The position numbers and the translations under genes are program-made. The notes under the pieces were generated by a model. That model saw nothing but the letters and a program-made list of their open reading frames with translations, had not been told where the DNA came from and made no database searches. A stretch of DNA of 64,000 bases. Source: the human T2T-CHM13v2.0 reference genome, Homo sapiens. Shown here in pieces: positions 15,186 through 34,858 of this stretch. Every line of letters starts with the position of its first letter. Position 1 is the stretch's first letter. Location: NCBI RefSeq assembly GCF_009914755.1, contig NC_060931.1. One strand, 5' to 3'.

Positions 15186-15866
15186 TGTGTTAAGGCCTTC
15201 TAGAGTAGCTTCTGTTATTACTCATATTAGAATAGAGAGACTAATTTTTTCTTTTGTCAGGAAATCTATTTTTTAAATTGCTGTCCTCAAATATATATGC
15301 TTGAAATTTCTTTCAAAAAACTCTTCCAAAATTTACTCATCTAATAATCACTGAAGAAGATAAAAAGAGCTATCTTCTTTATTTAGGAGATTAATTCAAC
15401 TTGATCACATATATCATGTATCACATATCATAACATAAACATTAATGTAGAAAATATATTTATAAATATAGTTATATAATACATATTATTTATGTGTATC
15501 TCATATGTATACATACATACACACACATATATATTTTTTTGGGGGTATGCTTTTTATACCTAAGAATTTCATCCTATTACCTTCACACATGTTTTGAAGA
15601 CAGACTTATTGGGACACAAGTTTTTTGTCTGAAAAGTCTGGAAATGTGATCAAATGTTCAAGGGGTTTAGCACTGAAGAGTAGAAGTCTGAGGCCAACCT
15701 GATATGCGTTTCTTTGTGGGAAGCCTGGTTTTTCTTTTCTGGAGATAAGACATATTTTGTTATCTTGTTAATTTAAAAAAATCATCTTTGTGATAAACAT
15801 TTGCAATTACTTATCAATGCACAAATTTTTTTCTACTTACGGAAATATCCTCAATTAGTCCTATTT

Positions 15867-16069
15867 CACGTATACCTTGTTTTATTACATTTTACTTTAA
15901 AAATTTAAGGTTTGTGGCAATCCTGAATTGAGTAAGTCTATTGGTGCCACTTTTCCAATAGCATGTGTTCACTTCCTGTCTCTGAGTCACATTTGGGTAT
16001 TTCTCACAATATATCAAAACTTTTCATCATTATTATATATTATAGTGATGTGTGATCAGTGATCTTTTT
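15867..16069 (+). mobile_element. Tigger1 5' portion (left of the L1 insertion)
   Basis: cacgtataccttgttttatt...ggtttgtggcaatcctg...tgtgatcagtgatcttt matches the recalled Tigger1 5' end. Confidence 0.88.
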
Positions 16070-22238
<6,169 letters not shown>

Positions 22239-22253
22239 ATCAGTGATCTTTTT

Positions 22254-24428
22254 ATAGTACTCTTGTAATTGTTTTGGGGAACCATGAACCACACCCAATC
22301 AAGACAGTGAACTTGGTAGATAAATATTGTGTGTGTTCTGACTGCTCCACTAAGCGGGCATGGCCCCATCTTCCTTTCTCTTTTTGGCCCTCTCTATTCC
22401 CAGAGACACTGGGAATTTAGACCAATTTATAAACCCACAGTCCAATTAGGCCAATTTATAAACCCACAGTCCCTTTGTGTTCAAGTGAAAGGAAGAGTCA
22501 CATGTCTCCCAATTTCAATCAAAAGCTAGAAATGATTAAGCTTAGTGAGGAAGTCATGTCAAAAGCTGAGATAGGCAAAAGCTGGGCCTCTTGTGCTGGT
22601 TACCCAAGGTGTGAATAGAAAAGAAAAGCTCTTGAAGGAAATTAAAAGTGTTACTGTAGTGAACAGACAAATGATAAGAAAGCAAAACAGCCTTATTGCT
22701 CATATGGAGAGAGTTTTAGTGGTCTTGGTAGATCAAACCAGCCACAGTATTTCCTTCAGCCAAAACCTCATCCAGAGCAAGTCCCTAACTCTTCAATTCT
22801 ATGAGGGCTGAGAGAGGTGAGGAAGTTGCTGAAGAAAAGTTGAAAGCCAGCAGAGGTTGGCTCTTGAGGTTTAAGGAAAGAAGCCGTCTCTGTAACATGA
22901 AAGTGGAAGGTAAAGCAGCAAGTGTTGATGTAGAAGCTACAACACGTTTTCCAGAAAGTCTAGCTAAGACCGTTGGTGAAGATGGCTACACTAAACAACA
23001 AATTTCGTTGTAGATGAAAGAGCCTTTCACTGGAAGAAGAGATAGAGAGAAAACTTTAAGAGATAGAGAGAAATAGTCAATGACTGGCTTCAAAGAATAA
23101 GCTGACTCTCTTGTTAGAGGCTAATGCAGCTAGTGGCTTTAAGTTGAAGCCAGTGCTCATTTCCCTTCCTCAAAATACTGTGCCCTTCAGAATTATGCTA
23201 AGTCTACTCTACCTGTGCTCTATAAATGGAACCACAAAGCCTGGGTGACAGCATATCCGTTTAGAGTGTGGTTTATTGAGGATTTTAAGCTCAATTTTTA
23301 GACTTACTGCTCAGGGGGGAAAAAAAGTTCCCTTTCAAAATATGACTGCCTAATTGACTGTGTACCTGGTCACCCAAGAACTCTGATGGACATGTGCAAT
23401 GAGATTAAGTTTTCATACCTGCTAACACAGCATCCATTCTGCAGCCCATAGATCAAGGAGTCTTTTAAATTTTTACATCTTATTATTTAAGAAATACATT
23501 CTATAAGGCTATACCTTCCATAGACAGTGATTCCCCTGATGGGTCTGAGCAATGTACATTGAAACCTTCTGGAAAGGATTCACCATTCTAGATGCCATTA
23601 AGAACATTCATGATTCATGGGAGGAATATCAACATTGACAAGTGATTGAAAGAAGTTGATTCCAGTTCTCATGGATGACTTCGAGGGGGTCAATACTTCA
23701 ATGGAGGAACTAACTGCAGAAGTAGCAAGGGAACTAGAATTAGAAATGGAACCTCAATATATCACTGAATTGCTCCAATCTCATTATAAAACTTGAATTA
23801 ATAAGGAGTTATTTCTTAGGGGTTGAGCAAGAAAAATGTTTTCTTGGGATGGAGTGTACTCCTGGTGAAGATGCAGTGGGCATTGTTGAAATGACGAGAA
23901 AGGATTTAGAATATTACATAAACTTAGTTGATAAAGCAGCAGCAGAGTTTGACAGGATTACCTCCAGTTTTGAAAGAAGGTCTACTATCGGTTAAATGCT
24001 ATAATACTAAGCAGCATTCCATGCTACAGAGAAATGTTTTGTGAAAGGAAGATTTCATGGATGTTGCAAACTTCATTGTTATCTTGTTTGAAGAAATTGC
24101 CACAGCCACTCCAGCCTTCAGTAACTACTACCCTGATCAGTTAGCAGCCATCAATATCAAGGCAAGACCCTCCACAAGCAAAAAGATTATGACTCACTGA
24201 AAGCTCAGATGATTATTAGCACTTTAGCAATAAATTAATTTTTAATTAAGGTATGTACATTGGTTTCTTTGACACAATGATTCCACACTTCATAGGTTAC
24301 AGTATAATGTAAACATAACTTTTACAAGCATAAGCAAACCAAAAAACTCATGTGACTTGCTTTATTGTGATATTTGCTTTATTCGGATGATTTGGAATCT
24401 AACCAGCAATATGTCCCAGGTATTCCTG
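22254..24428 (+). mobile_element. Tigger1 remainder (decayed transposase and right TIR)
   Basis: Resumes right after the L1 TSD. Transposase fragments 22593..23013 ([18 protein letters not shown]). Ends ...caggtattcctg|TA. The two halves sum to about 2.38 kb, which is full length. Confidence 0.93.
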
Positions 24429-25387
24429 TATTTGGTTAGTCAGATTTCCTCCTCAGGAGCAATTACAACTTTTTATTTGGTTATTTTTTTTTTCTGACCA
24501 CTGTATTTTCATCTTATTATGTACATCTAGTAGTCCTTTCCTTTATATTCTGGAGGCTTCTCAAGTTTGTATTCAATAGCGCTGATCTGGCTTTCTGAAA
24601 TGTAAATTCCTTTCTTTATTGCCTCCAGTATAGATTTTAATTTTGCTACTCTTTAATTTCCTTGCAATCCCTGTTTATCATATCCAGTTTTATTTTTATT
24701 CATTCCATTGTCTTTTTAATTTAGTTCTATCTCTGCCTTTAGCTTTGGTCTCTGATGTTATAGGACCAGTGTCTTTTGACTTTTGAAGAGAACAAAACAT
24801 TTTCTAAAATCTTATTTTGCTTCCTATAGTAAATCATGTTCACTGAACGAAGCAGTATGAATGATATTTTCTTCATAATATCCGTAGTATATTCTCAACG
24901 GCCCTGTTTTTTTTTCTCACTCATTCTTGAATGTAGAAAAGCTTTCCAGATATTTTGCCAGCAAATGTGTAGTGAATTGTGTTTGGCTTCACTTTTTGCC
25001 AACTTACATGCTGGTTGAATCTCCTTCCTGGCTTTACAGTTAAATGGCAACACTTAATCTAATTCCTAGGCCTTAACAGACACTCATATAGTGTTAGTTG
25101 GAAGGCTTATGTTGGGAATTTCTTCTACCCACTTCCTTTCTAGCTGTCTGATACTCTGTTAAGATGACTTACATGAAAAAAAGACAAACAGACAAACACA
25201 AAGCTGTAAGGTTTAGAAAATGCTTCTTATCTAGTGAGAGATACAATTTATCAATTTTTTTAAACAGAATTTTTAGGCATTATATCATTTGCTTGCTGGA
25301 TACATCAAGTTTCACAAATAATTTAAAAATTACACTGTTTGGTACTTTGAGTTCTGTGTTCTTGTTAAAAAATGCTGCAGATAGTTA

Positions 25388-25573
25388 TCACACCACTACA
25401 CTCCAGCCTGGGCAACAGAGTGAGACTGCGTCTCAAAAAAAAAAAAAAATTGCAGATAGTAAAATATAAACTGCACTTCAGCCTAGGTGACAGAGTGAGA
25501 ACCTGTCTCTAAAAACATAAAATAAAAAAATTAAAATTAAAATTAAACAATTAAAAAATAAATTAAAAAAATA
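25388..25573 (+). mobile_element. Two tandem, heavily 5'-truncated Alu 3' ends with A-rich tails
   Basis: caccactacactccagcctgggcaacagagtgagac...A15 flanked by tgcagatagt (25376-25385 and 25451-25460). Second fragment ctgcacttcagcctaggtgacagagtgaga plus a long A-rich tail. Confidence 0.85.
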
Positions 25574-25840
25574 AGACACCGTAAGTCTTATGGATAGATT
25601 AGCATTATGGATAGAAATAGTAACAGCCACTATGCATGAGATTTGACGGTCATTAGACATGAACCTTGTTTCAGAATAGCTTTTTTTATCTTTTTTAGTA
25701 ATTCTACCATTTGAAGATCATTCCGTCTTTAAAAAAATTTTTGTGTTTTTAGGAGATCTTTGATTCTCTAGCCTCACAAATTTTTTCTTTAGCAGAGTTT
25801 TCAAAAGTGTCATATTTTTACATCTCACTTTTACTACTAG

Positions 25841-26153
<313 letters not shown>

Positions 26154-27361
26154 TGAAGCTGCTAGAATCTGGAACATAGTGAGCATTCAATAACTGTCTA
26201 CTGATTCTGCATCTTCCAGGAGAATGCCATGTCATATATATTTGTGCTGTGCTAGTCCTTTGTCCAGTCCCTTGCCCTAGAAGGAGTTTAATAAGTGTTG
26301 TTTAGCAAACACCTTGGGAGGTGTGAAACCTCAGGTAGTTCCCAGAAATGCAATATGAAGTTGAATGTTAGGAACTACAAATCAGGATCAATAATTTTAG
26401 TCCAAATGTTCTAAACTCAGCTTTCTTTATAGACAAGATAAATTGTCTATAAAGACTCTATAGACTCAGACTAATAGGTCTTACTAGACTGAGTGTAAAT
26501 TTGAAGACAGAAATAGATTATATGGCTAAAAAATGACAACTACATGCAATAAAGAAGGAAAGATACTACACTAGATGCTACAAATACATTATCTCATTTA
26601 ATAAGACTGAGAGAAAGAGAAAGCACAAAGTCCAAGTTTATCTAAAAAATTTATCAAGAAATTTTAAGGATTTCTTGTATGTAAAAAAATATATATATAA
26701 TACGTATTTTCTACATATATACGTATATATGTGGAAAACAAACAACTGTTGTTTAAAATGCAGGTAAATATTTTAAGGCTCCTTTGTGTATTTTTCAAAT
26801 TCTAATTTTAACTCTTGTCCCACTGATCAGGAGAAAAATTAATTAATCTATTGGCTTATGTTATATTGCAAATGGTAATCAGTGAGCCAGAAAGGGTCAA
26901 ACAAAAGTAGAATTCCATATGAATTGCAAAGAAAAGAGCAGGCTTATTTCTCACCCTATAAGTCCATGTTTCTGAGAAGCCAAAGAGAGAGAATGAAAGA
27001 GAGAGGGAAGGAATGAAGATGAAGGATGAGGTTAAAGTTTCATTTTCCAGTCTACCTGTTAACACCTCAGTGATACATCATTAGGATGAGTCAGTGGAAG
27101 TTTGGGGTTCCAGATTGTATATATTTCCCTTTAAATTCAAATGGCCTTCCAAGAGCCCCTGGACTTTGAATTATAATCTCTAGGTACCTGGCAAAAATTC
27201 CCAGCTACCATTACCTGTTTCACAATTATTTTTCTTGGCAGTGGATTATGGGGAAAATGTCATTAAAAGGGGGAAACATTACTACAGAGGTAAGCTTAGA
27301 TATGTCAAGAGATGAAATAGTGAAAAAGTTAAGCAATGTAATGATTAGACTCTCTACTCTT

Positions 27362-27673
<312 letters not shown>

Positions 27674-27701
27674 CGACTCTCTACTCTTGAAGAATATATT
27701 T

Positions 27702-27998
27702 CTTCTTCTTCTTTTTTTTTTTTTTTTTTTTTTTGCCCATGCAAGTTCTCACCCTGTGGCCCAGGCTGGAGTGCAGTGGCTCAATCACTGCTCACTGCTG
27801 CATTGGCGTCCTGGGCTCAAGCAATTCTCCCACCAGCAGCAGGCACACCACCATTCCTGGCTAGTTTTTAAAAATTTTTGTGGAGACAGGGTCTCCCTAT
27901 GTTGTTCAGGCTGGTTTCAAATTCCTGGGCTCAAGCAATCCTCCTGCCTCAGCCTCCCAAAGTGCTAGGCTTACAGGTGTAAGGCACCGTACCTGGCC
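27702..27998 (-). mobile_element. AluJ, antisense
   Basis: cctgggctcaagcaatcctcc. TSD aatatattt at 27693-27701 and 28002-28010. Confidence 0.88.
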
Positions 27999-28504
27999 AA
28001 AAATATATTTTCAAAATGAGGTGGATGTTATACTTTTTGTTTCCATGTTATTAAACTATCACTTTTTATTTTATGAAACTATAGTTGAAAAAAATGTTAA
28101 ACAGTTCTTCTTATATAGTAGTAACTCATAAATACTTGATATATTTAAATTGTGAAGACACGTCTTACACATCTCTGTATTTTAAATGTTATTCTTCCTT
28201 CCTGCTTGCCTGCTTCCTTTTCTGCCTTCCTTAATGTCTTCCTTCTGACTTTATTTAAAAATATTTATCCTTATTGGACTTTATAGAAAATGTAAAAAGA
28301 GGACTTTGTGAAATTCCATGTAGAAATATAAAGCTAAGTAAAATAAATGCCTATATTAGAAGCACTTAGGGTAGGAAGATAAGGGACATAAAATAAAAGG
28401 TAGAAGATTAAACAAGTAAGACTACCCTTCAGGAATCCAAGGAGATCCACCAATTAATTCATTGAGGAAAGCTTTAGTGGAAATATCTGACCTATTTTTG
28501 GGAT

Positions 28505-29530
28505 ACATTCATTCATTTACAGTTTTCATTCACTCATTAAAACATATTTTTTGAGGACCGGCTTTATTTAAGCTTGTTTATGGCCACTGAAATTTCAAAG
28601 GTAAAAACACGACTATCATCTGCACTCTCAAAGATCTCACCATCTAATGAAGAAAATATACAATTAACAAAATTATACAACAATTATATAATTGTGACAA
28701 ATGCTTGAAGGAGATCCAGAGGATGCTAAGAGAGTATATAGTAGGAGACCTAATTTAGAGATCTCAGGGTATGCTTGGTAGAGGAGGTGACATTAAAAAC
28801 TGAGCCTTGAAGAGTGAAAAAAGATTAGCCAAATGAGGACTGGAGTTATGGAGGTCAAGAAGGAAGAATTTCCGGCATAGAGGGAATAGCATGTATAAAT
28901 GTCACAAGGCTGCTAGGATTTTGATCTTTTTGAGGAAAGGAAGGAAGGCTTTTGTAGGCGAAATAGAGAACAAAAGAGGGAGATATATGAATTGAAGCTG
29001 GAAAGATGGGGAGGGGCCTATGTATGCTGGCCTGGAGGAATTTCAGTCTCTTTAGTGAAGGCCCTGAAGGATTTAAACAGAAGAGGCGACTGTTGTGTGG
29101 CAAATGGAATAGAGTGAAAGTCAGGTTCTGCATTACAAGGCAATCTCAGAAGTCCAGATTAGAGATAATAACACCTTGGATTGTGTATGGTTTTGGCAGT
29201 GGAGATAAGGAGAATGAATAATTCAAGATCTGTTTTGGAGGGAAAACAGACACTGCTTTGGTTCTTTGGAGGGGGAGCGTCAAGGGGACATTAAGGTTTC
29301 TCGTATGAACAATGGCAGATCTTGATGTCTTTTGTAAACATGGGTAATATCGTGTGTGGTTTAAGATCATGAATTAAAAATCAGAGACATTTTCACTTTA
29401 TGAAAACCATGAGACAACTAAGTGGAGATTTTGGATGGATCATTCAATGGGGAAGTGTGTAAGTAAGCTGCTCATAAGGGAGGTCAGTCCTGAGGATGAA
29501 AATGTGAGAATCAGGGGAAGAAGGATAGAG
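28505..29530 (-). mobile_element. L2 LINE remnant
   Basis: cattcattcattt...aaacatattttttgag 3'-end signature followed by a purine-rich L2-like body. Boundaries approximate. Confidence 0.65.
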
Positions 29531-30832
29531 TTTGAAGCCATTTGAGTCCTAAGAATAGATATTATTTGGAATGGTAAAATTATATTCTTTTGTTAGACAT
29601 AATTTCTACCACATGGTTTCAAAATGCAGGTGCCATTCTTCTGCATTATTTGAGCACACTCAAGGAAAAATATTTTCTTCTCTTGAGTAACATTTCTTTA
29701 ACACAATAATGTAAGCCAAAAGGAGAATAAAATGTACTTTATTAAACTTCTTTTACAGCATAAATTACTGGTGCTTATCTATTCCTGAAGATTTTTTTTG
29801 GTTGTTGTTGTAAAACTTCTTATAATGGGTGTTCTCCCCATCTACAAATATACTTCGATGGTCATTTATTGGAAGACATTTGATTTGTTAAATAATTTCT
29901 TATGTCAGGCAATTTTGCAAGTAACATGTTTCCACCTCAAGGAATAGGTTTATGGGTAGAAATCTTCTTTAAATGAGCCAGAGTTATAATTATCATCTAA
30001 CTTGTTGCTTTAAAAAGTCCTATTTTAAGTTCTGCTAATAATTCATCTTATCATGTTATTATACAGTCTTTCCCATCATAAGGCTTACTTGAAAATGAAA
30101 TATGCTAATACTTGATAATTTAAAAGAAGATTGTATTCATTAGTATCTGTATAATCTCTAGTAGTGGCATTGTAATTTACATTTATTTTTTAAAAGAAAC
30201 ACTTTAAATGCCCCACGATATTATAAGATCTACAACATCCATATTGGTTACATAATGACATAAATTATGGGGAGAAACACAAATAAACAAAGAAACTGTT
30301 TTTGAACAACCTTGAAGAAATTACTAAACAGGATAGGCAGAGTGGGAAAATCTTCCGTTTTATTACAAAAATGAAACCTTGATCTGAAGTCAGGCTAGAA
30401 TGACTCATGGAAGATTTAAAGAGACAGCTTGTTTAGTGGCTCCAATGGTGTGGTGAAATTAAAACCTCTACTGAATTAAATTATCTGCCTAAAAACAATT
30501 CATAATGATTTAAAATACTGGTAAGATTACAATATGTATATTTTAAAATCTGAAGTGTCTTAAAATGTCATCATCTTCATCACTTTACAGATTTACTAAA
30601 CTAGGGTCTGAGTACTGGTTAATGCGTAAGTTCGTGTTTTTGAGTAAATATCCAGATAGACAGGTCTCAATAGTTCTTATGTGCTCCTGAGAATTTGCTT
30701 TGTGATATTTCCTCCTTTGTTAAATTTATTTTAAGAATAATGACTTTTTTGGAGTTATCATATTATCTCCTAACATGTGTCATTATCTTGTACTGTTACT
30801 CAATCTTGTCCTGTATTTCCCTTGTCTTAAAG

Positions 30833-30966
30833 GAATTGCCTATGACCCCTTGATGCTGAAACACCAGTGCGTTTGTGGCAATTCCACCACCCACCCTGAG
30901 CATGCTGGACGAATACAGAGTATCTGGTCACGACTGCAAGAAACTGGGCTGCTAAATAAATGTGAG
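30833..30966 (+). CDS. HDAC9: HDAC9 coding exon B, start of deacetylase domain ((G)[44 protein letters not shown])
   Basis: Acceptor cttgtcttaaAG at 30831-30832. Donor GAG|GTaatc at 30967. 134 nt = 2 + 44 codons (phase 1 to 0). [20 protein letters not shown] is the class IIa HDAC signature, and CxC...H are structural Zn ligands. Confidence 0.97.
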
Positions 30967-33900
30967 GTAATCCAGAATTGGACACACTCTTTTACTTACT
31001 TAAATAAATCATGTAAAGAGGCCAGTATTCATTTGGGGAGTAATAGAAAAATATTAACCATATAGTGCAAACACCATGATTGATGAACCATCATAGATTC
31101 AGGTAGCACAGAGCTTACCACCTGACTCTGGGCGGGGCACACTGTAAGTACTTGGTCAGTGTTGATGAGCTGAGCAGCTGCCTGATGTGTGTGTTCCAAT
31201 GCTGCAGTATTATTACATATACATGGTAGCACTGTTTGTAAACAGACATTATTTATTGAGTTGATCTTCTGAGAAACTCTTTGCTAAGTAATTATTATTT
31301 TTGGTTATAAACTAAACTTTGGATTTAGATATATGCCAATTTTGCCACATGGAAATGAATCAATTTAAAATATCAACTGTCCTCTTACCACTAAAAGTCA
31401 TTTCTTTTTATTGAAATGATTGATGTGTTTATAACTTGATGAAGGGATTTGAATACTTTGATTTTATCATTATTTCTTTAAACTCATTTCAGTAGGCGCT
31501 TGGTGAATACCATTTTTATTTGGAAAAATATACCTTTTTATGCTTTCAAAGGTTAAAAACAACAGTCATATCAATTCAGAAAGGCTCCCATCATCAAATG
31601 TGCAAAATATGTAACAACCAGCTGCTATTCGATTTAGTTGCTATAAATGTCCATTGTTGTCTGAAATCCAGTAACATTCTGCATTTGAATCTAAGGCATT
31701 TTTAAAAGAAAAATGCCCTTCATGGGTTTTCTCACATTATTTTAACATTTACTAATTATTTCTTTTACTGGGTCTCTGTTAGGTTCTAAACATGATTCAA
31801 GTACTGGAATTATAAAATTTCACAAGACAAATATGGTCCCAAAATGTAGTCAACAAAATTCCTATTCAAATTCAACTTAGGTTTAAACTGAGTCTGTAAA
31901 ATATTTTACTTGAAATAGAAATGCCAAAGCAGACAGAATTTTTCAGCAGGTCAAGTGCACTTGCCTACGTATGATAGTGTGAGTTACATCAATCTGATCC
32001 CCTTCCTCTGCAAACTACTAAAAATAATTGACTTTTGAAGATGCAAAGCCATTCATTCAGTTTGTTCATTTCTATGGATAAAAAAATTTTCTTTATGGAT
32101 TTGTTTCTTTAAAGGGTGGATAATATATTCTATGTTACAAGGGAAATTAATTGGTTTTTAAAAACATCAAAACATTGGTAGTGTCTTATGGATCGCTCAG
32201 TAGTTGAGATTGTGAATGAATATACCACAACACCATGTACAGATTTAGTCTCACAAGTTTTATTATATATTTATGGTAGAATTATCAAACAGTTTTCATA
32301 TTTAAAGCTCTGCTTTTGATTAAATGTATCCTTTACCTAGAAACCCCAAAGTGAAGGAAAATGAACTAGATTTATTTATCTGGTCCTTTCCTCAGTGCAA
32401 GTCTATTACTCATTTTTTTTTGCCAGTGGCATTCATATTGTATGGCAGAAGGCTTTCATACTCTGGTCAATTTTAGAGTTATCTTTAAGGATTTCATGTT
32501 TCTGATACTGCAGTTTGGAGGCCAAACCATTCTCTTTTCTATGCAATCCCATATGGAGTCCATAAAGTAGACCAGCAAGGAGAATTATTTGTGGTAGGCT
32601 GGTCTTAATGGACAAAATGCATTTATTCATGTGAACATTCCTGTCTCACCTTTTCATCTGCTCTGCAATTTTTGTGTGCTTTTGCCAGCTGAGGCATTGC
32701 TGCTTACATTTTTTCACATTCACGTTTGTGTTATATCCTGCGGCAGCTGGCCTGGTCCTAACTACTTCAAATTGTCAGTGGCTGATCATAGCCTTCGAAT
32801 GCCTTGTTAGATAGTGGTATTCCTAAATCCTATTACCTGAAGGAGAACTGTTTATGAAAGGAACAGAGTACAGAAATAAATGGAATTTGATATGATTCAC
32901 ACTGGTCTAAAAATTAGAAAGTCTATTATCATCCTTTTCTGGTTAGTCTTCTTTTTCAATTGCTTATATACATTACATTATTTTCATTCTTTATTATTTG
33001 AAACCATACAATTCAGTTTGTATAGCACTAACCGACGTAATATCAAACACAAGTTGAGATGTCAGAAACACTATCATACAACTATGGGTTTGAGGAGAAT
33101 AGAGTCTCCTTGGTATCACTTAATCACAAAATTAACAAATAATACACTCACAAGCCCAGGTCAGCAGATTTGCTCTTAATTAAGATTAAGCACAAACATC
33201 ATATCCAAAACATGGCAACAATGCAAATAGAAGCCACTTTTCCTAACATAGTTTGATGGCAGTTCACCAGGTGTTTGCTTTCTTAAGTGAAGATTATGTT
33301 GCCGATATTATTTATCATTATATATGATAATGCTCCTACATTATCAAAACACCCATATTAGCGAAGAAAGTATTGCCCATATAAATTTATTTACTTTATG
33401 AAATTATGAGATGCTAACCTAAACCAAACATGAAATGGAACTTCTAAAACTGCTAAAAATTAATTCACTTTTAAGATACCTAGGACTTTAATGGCAGATG
33501 GACATCTGCCCATGTGTGAATGATATTAGAAAAATTCAAAATTAAATTTTAGAAAGTATTAACTAAACAAATGTTACCCTTGTGTAGAGACCTTTTGTTC
33601 AATATGAGATAAAACAGAACTAAAAGGGAAACACTATTTTCATAACTTATTTTCTCTTCCTGATTGGTTTTACCAGAAGAGTAAGGGAGTAAATAAAAAG
33701 GGAACACACAGAGATTATTCCAAACCAGGTTAGCCCCCTCAGAAATAGTAGAATACTACCTAGTGCTCTCCCAAGTCCATTTTTTTTTTACTAAACACAA
33801 TGGAAGCAACTGATATATGTTCCTTGTAGATTTCTTCTAATATTTTTGATTTGACAAATTAAGTATATATGCAAATATTTTACTATGTTATTAAGCCATC

Positions 33901-34684
33901 TTACAAAGATGCTAAACTTTCTATTTCATGCCAAATTATTTTCGAATGCCGTGAAAAATACAACACAAATTTATCAACAAATACTTTAGCAATTTGCCAC
34001 ATGTCTTAAGAATCAGAGTTGTTGAAGAATCAGGAGAAAAGCACACCATGGAGGCAAGTGATCTGTGTGCCTGGTGGGTATTTAGGCTAGTTGAAAGCGC
34101 AAGAAGGGTCCTACCCAAAAGCCTACTGGTTAGTGTTTCTGAGCCTTCTAAAGGAATCAAAGATAATGACAGTATCTGCCCACTGAAGTTCACTTATTCA
34201 CTCGACAGAGGAAGTTGGGTCCCAGCTCAGGTGTGAGTAACTTATTTACCAAGATACCCCAAGGACCCAAATAAAGAGAATCAAGGCTCAAGGGCATTAC
34301 TTCTAAATAGGCTAGAAGGGGCTATCAGAAGTTAAACTTTTGTTCCTTTGCCTAGTTGTGTCTAAAACACGCTAACATGAGGAGGTATAATCTCTGCTAA
34401 CTGGGACTCCAAGGATTTGAGTACCAGGCGGGATGTCTTAGGTTATCATTCTCTCCTAAGCAGTATGAACAATTTCCTCTCTTTGTTGTGGGAAATAAGA
34501 ACTCAGTTGTTTCAAAAGAGAGGATTTATTAGATTCCACAGGAAAGGGTATAATCAAATAGGAATATAATGCATACAAGCCAGGTCAGTGCATTGTTTTT
34601 CAGTATCCACATAGTCGTCTGCCGTCTTTGGGAACTATTCTCCCACCACGTCTGTGTAGCCACTTCTGGTAAGAAGGGTATCTT

Positions 34685-34858
34685 GAATGTTGACATATTT
34701 CAGAATCATCTGAGGGGATGGTAAAACACAGATTGCTCAGATCTAAACTCAGAACTTCTAATTCAGTAAGTCTGGAGTGGGGTCAGAGAATCTCGTTGCT
34801 AACATGTGTCTGGGTGATTCTGGTACTTTTGGCCTGGACACCACACGTTGAAAACAGT
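34685..34858. mobile_element. MER5A-type hAT-Charlie element
   Basis: cagaatcatctgagggg...attcagtaagtctggagtggggtcagagaat...ccacacgttgaaaac. Confidence 0.7.

Noticed and set aside
14187-15193. Six overlapping 244-324 aa ORFs in all frames
   Set aside because: Artefact: TAA, TAG and TGA each contain a purine-purine step, so they cannot occur in an alternating RY repeat. The peptides are low-complexity.
22593-23013. Domesticated TIGD-like transposase gene
   Set aside because: Only short frameshifted fragments of a decayed Tigger1.
30775-31065. ORF-track extensions around exons (9343..9603, 30775..31065, 43919..44242) as standalone genes
   Set aside because: Only the parts between AG and GT match HDAC9. 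The flanks are intronic read-through, and the nearby AATAAA (31003) is unremarkable in AT-rich DNA.
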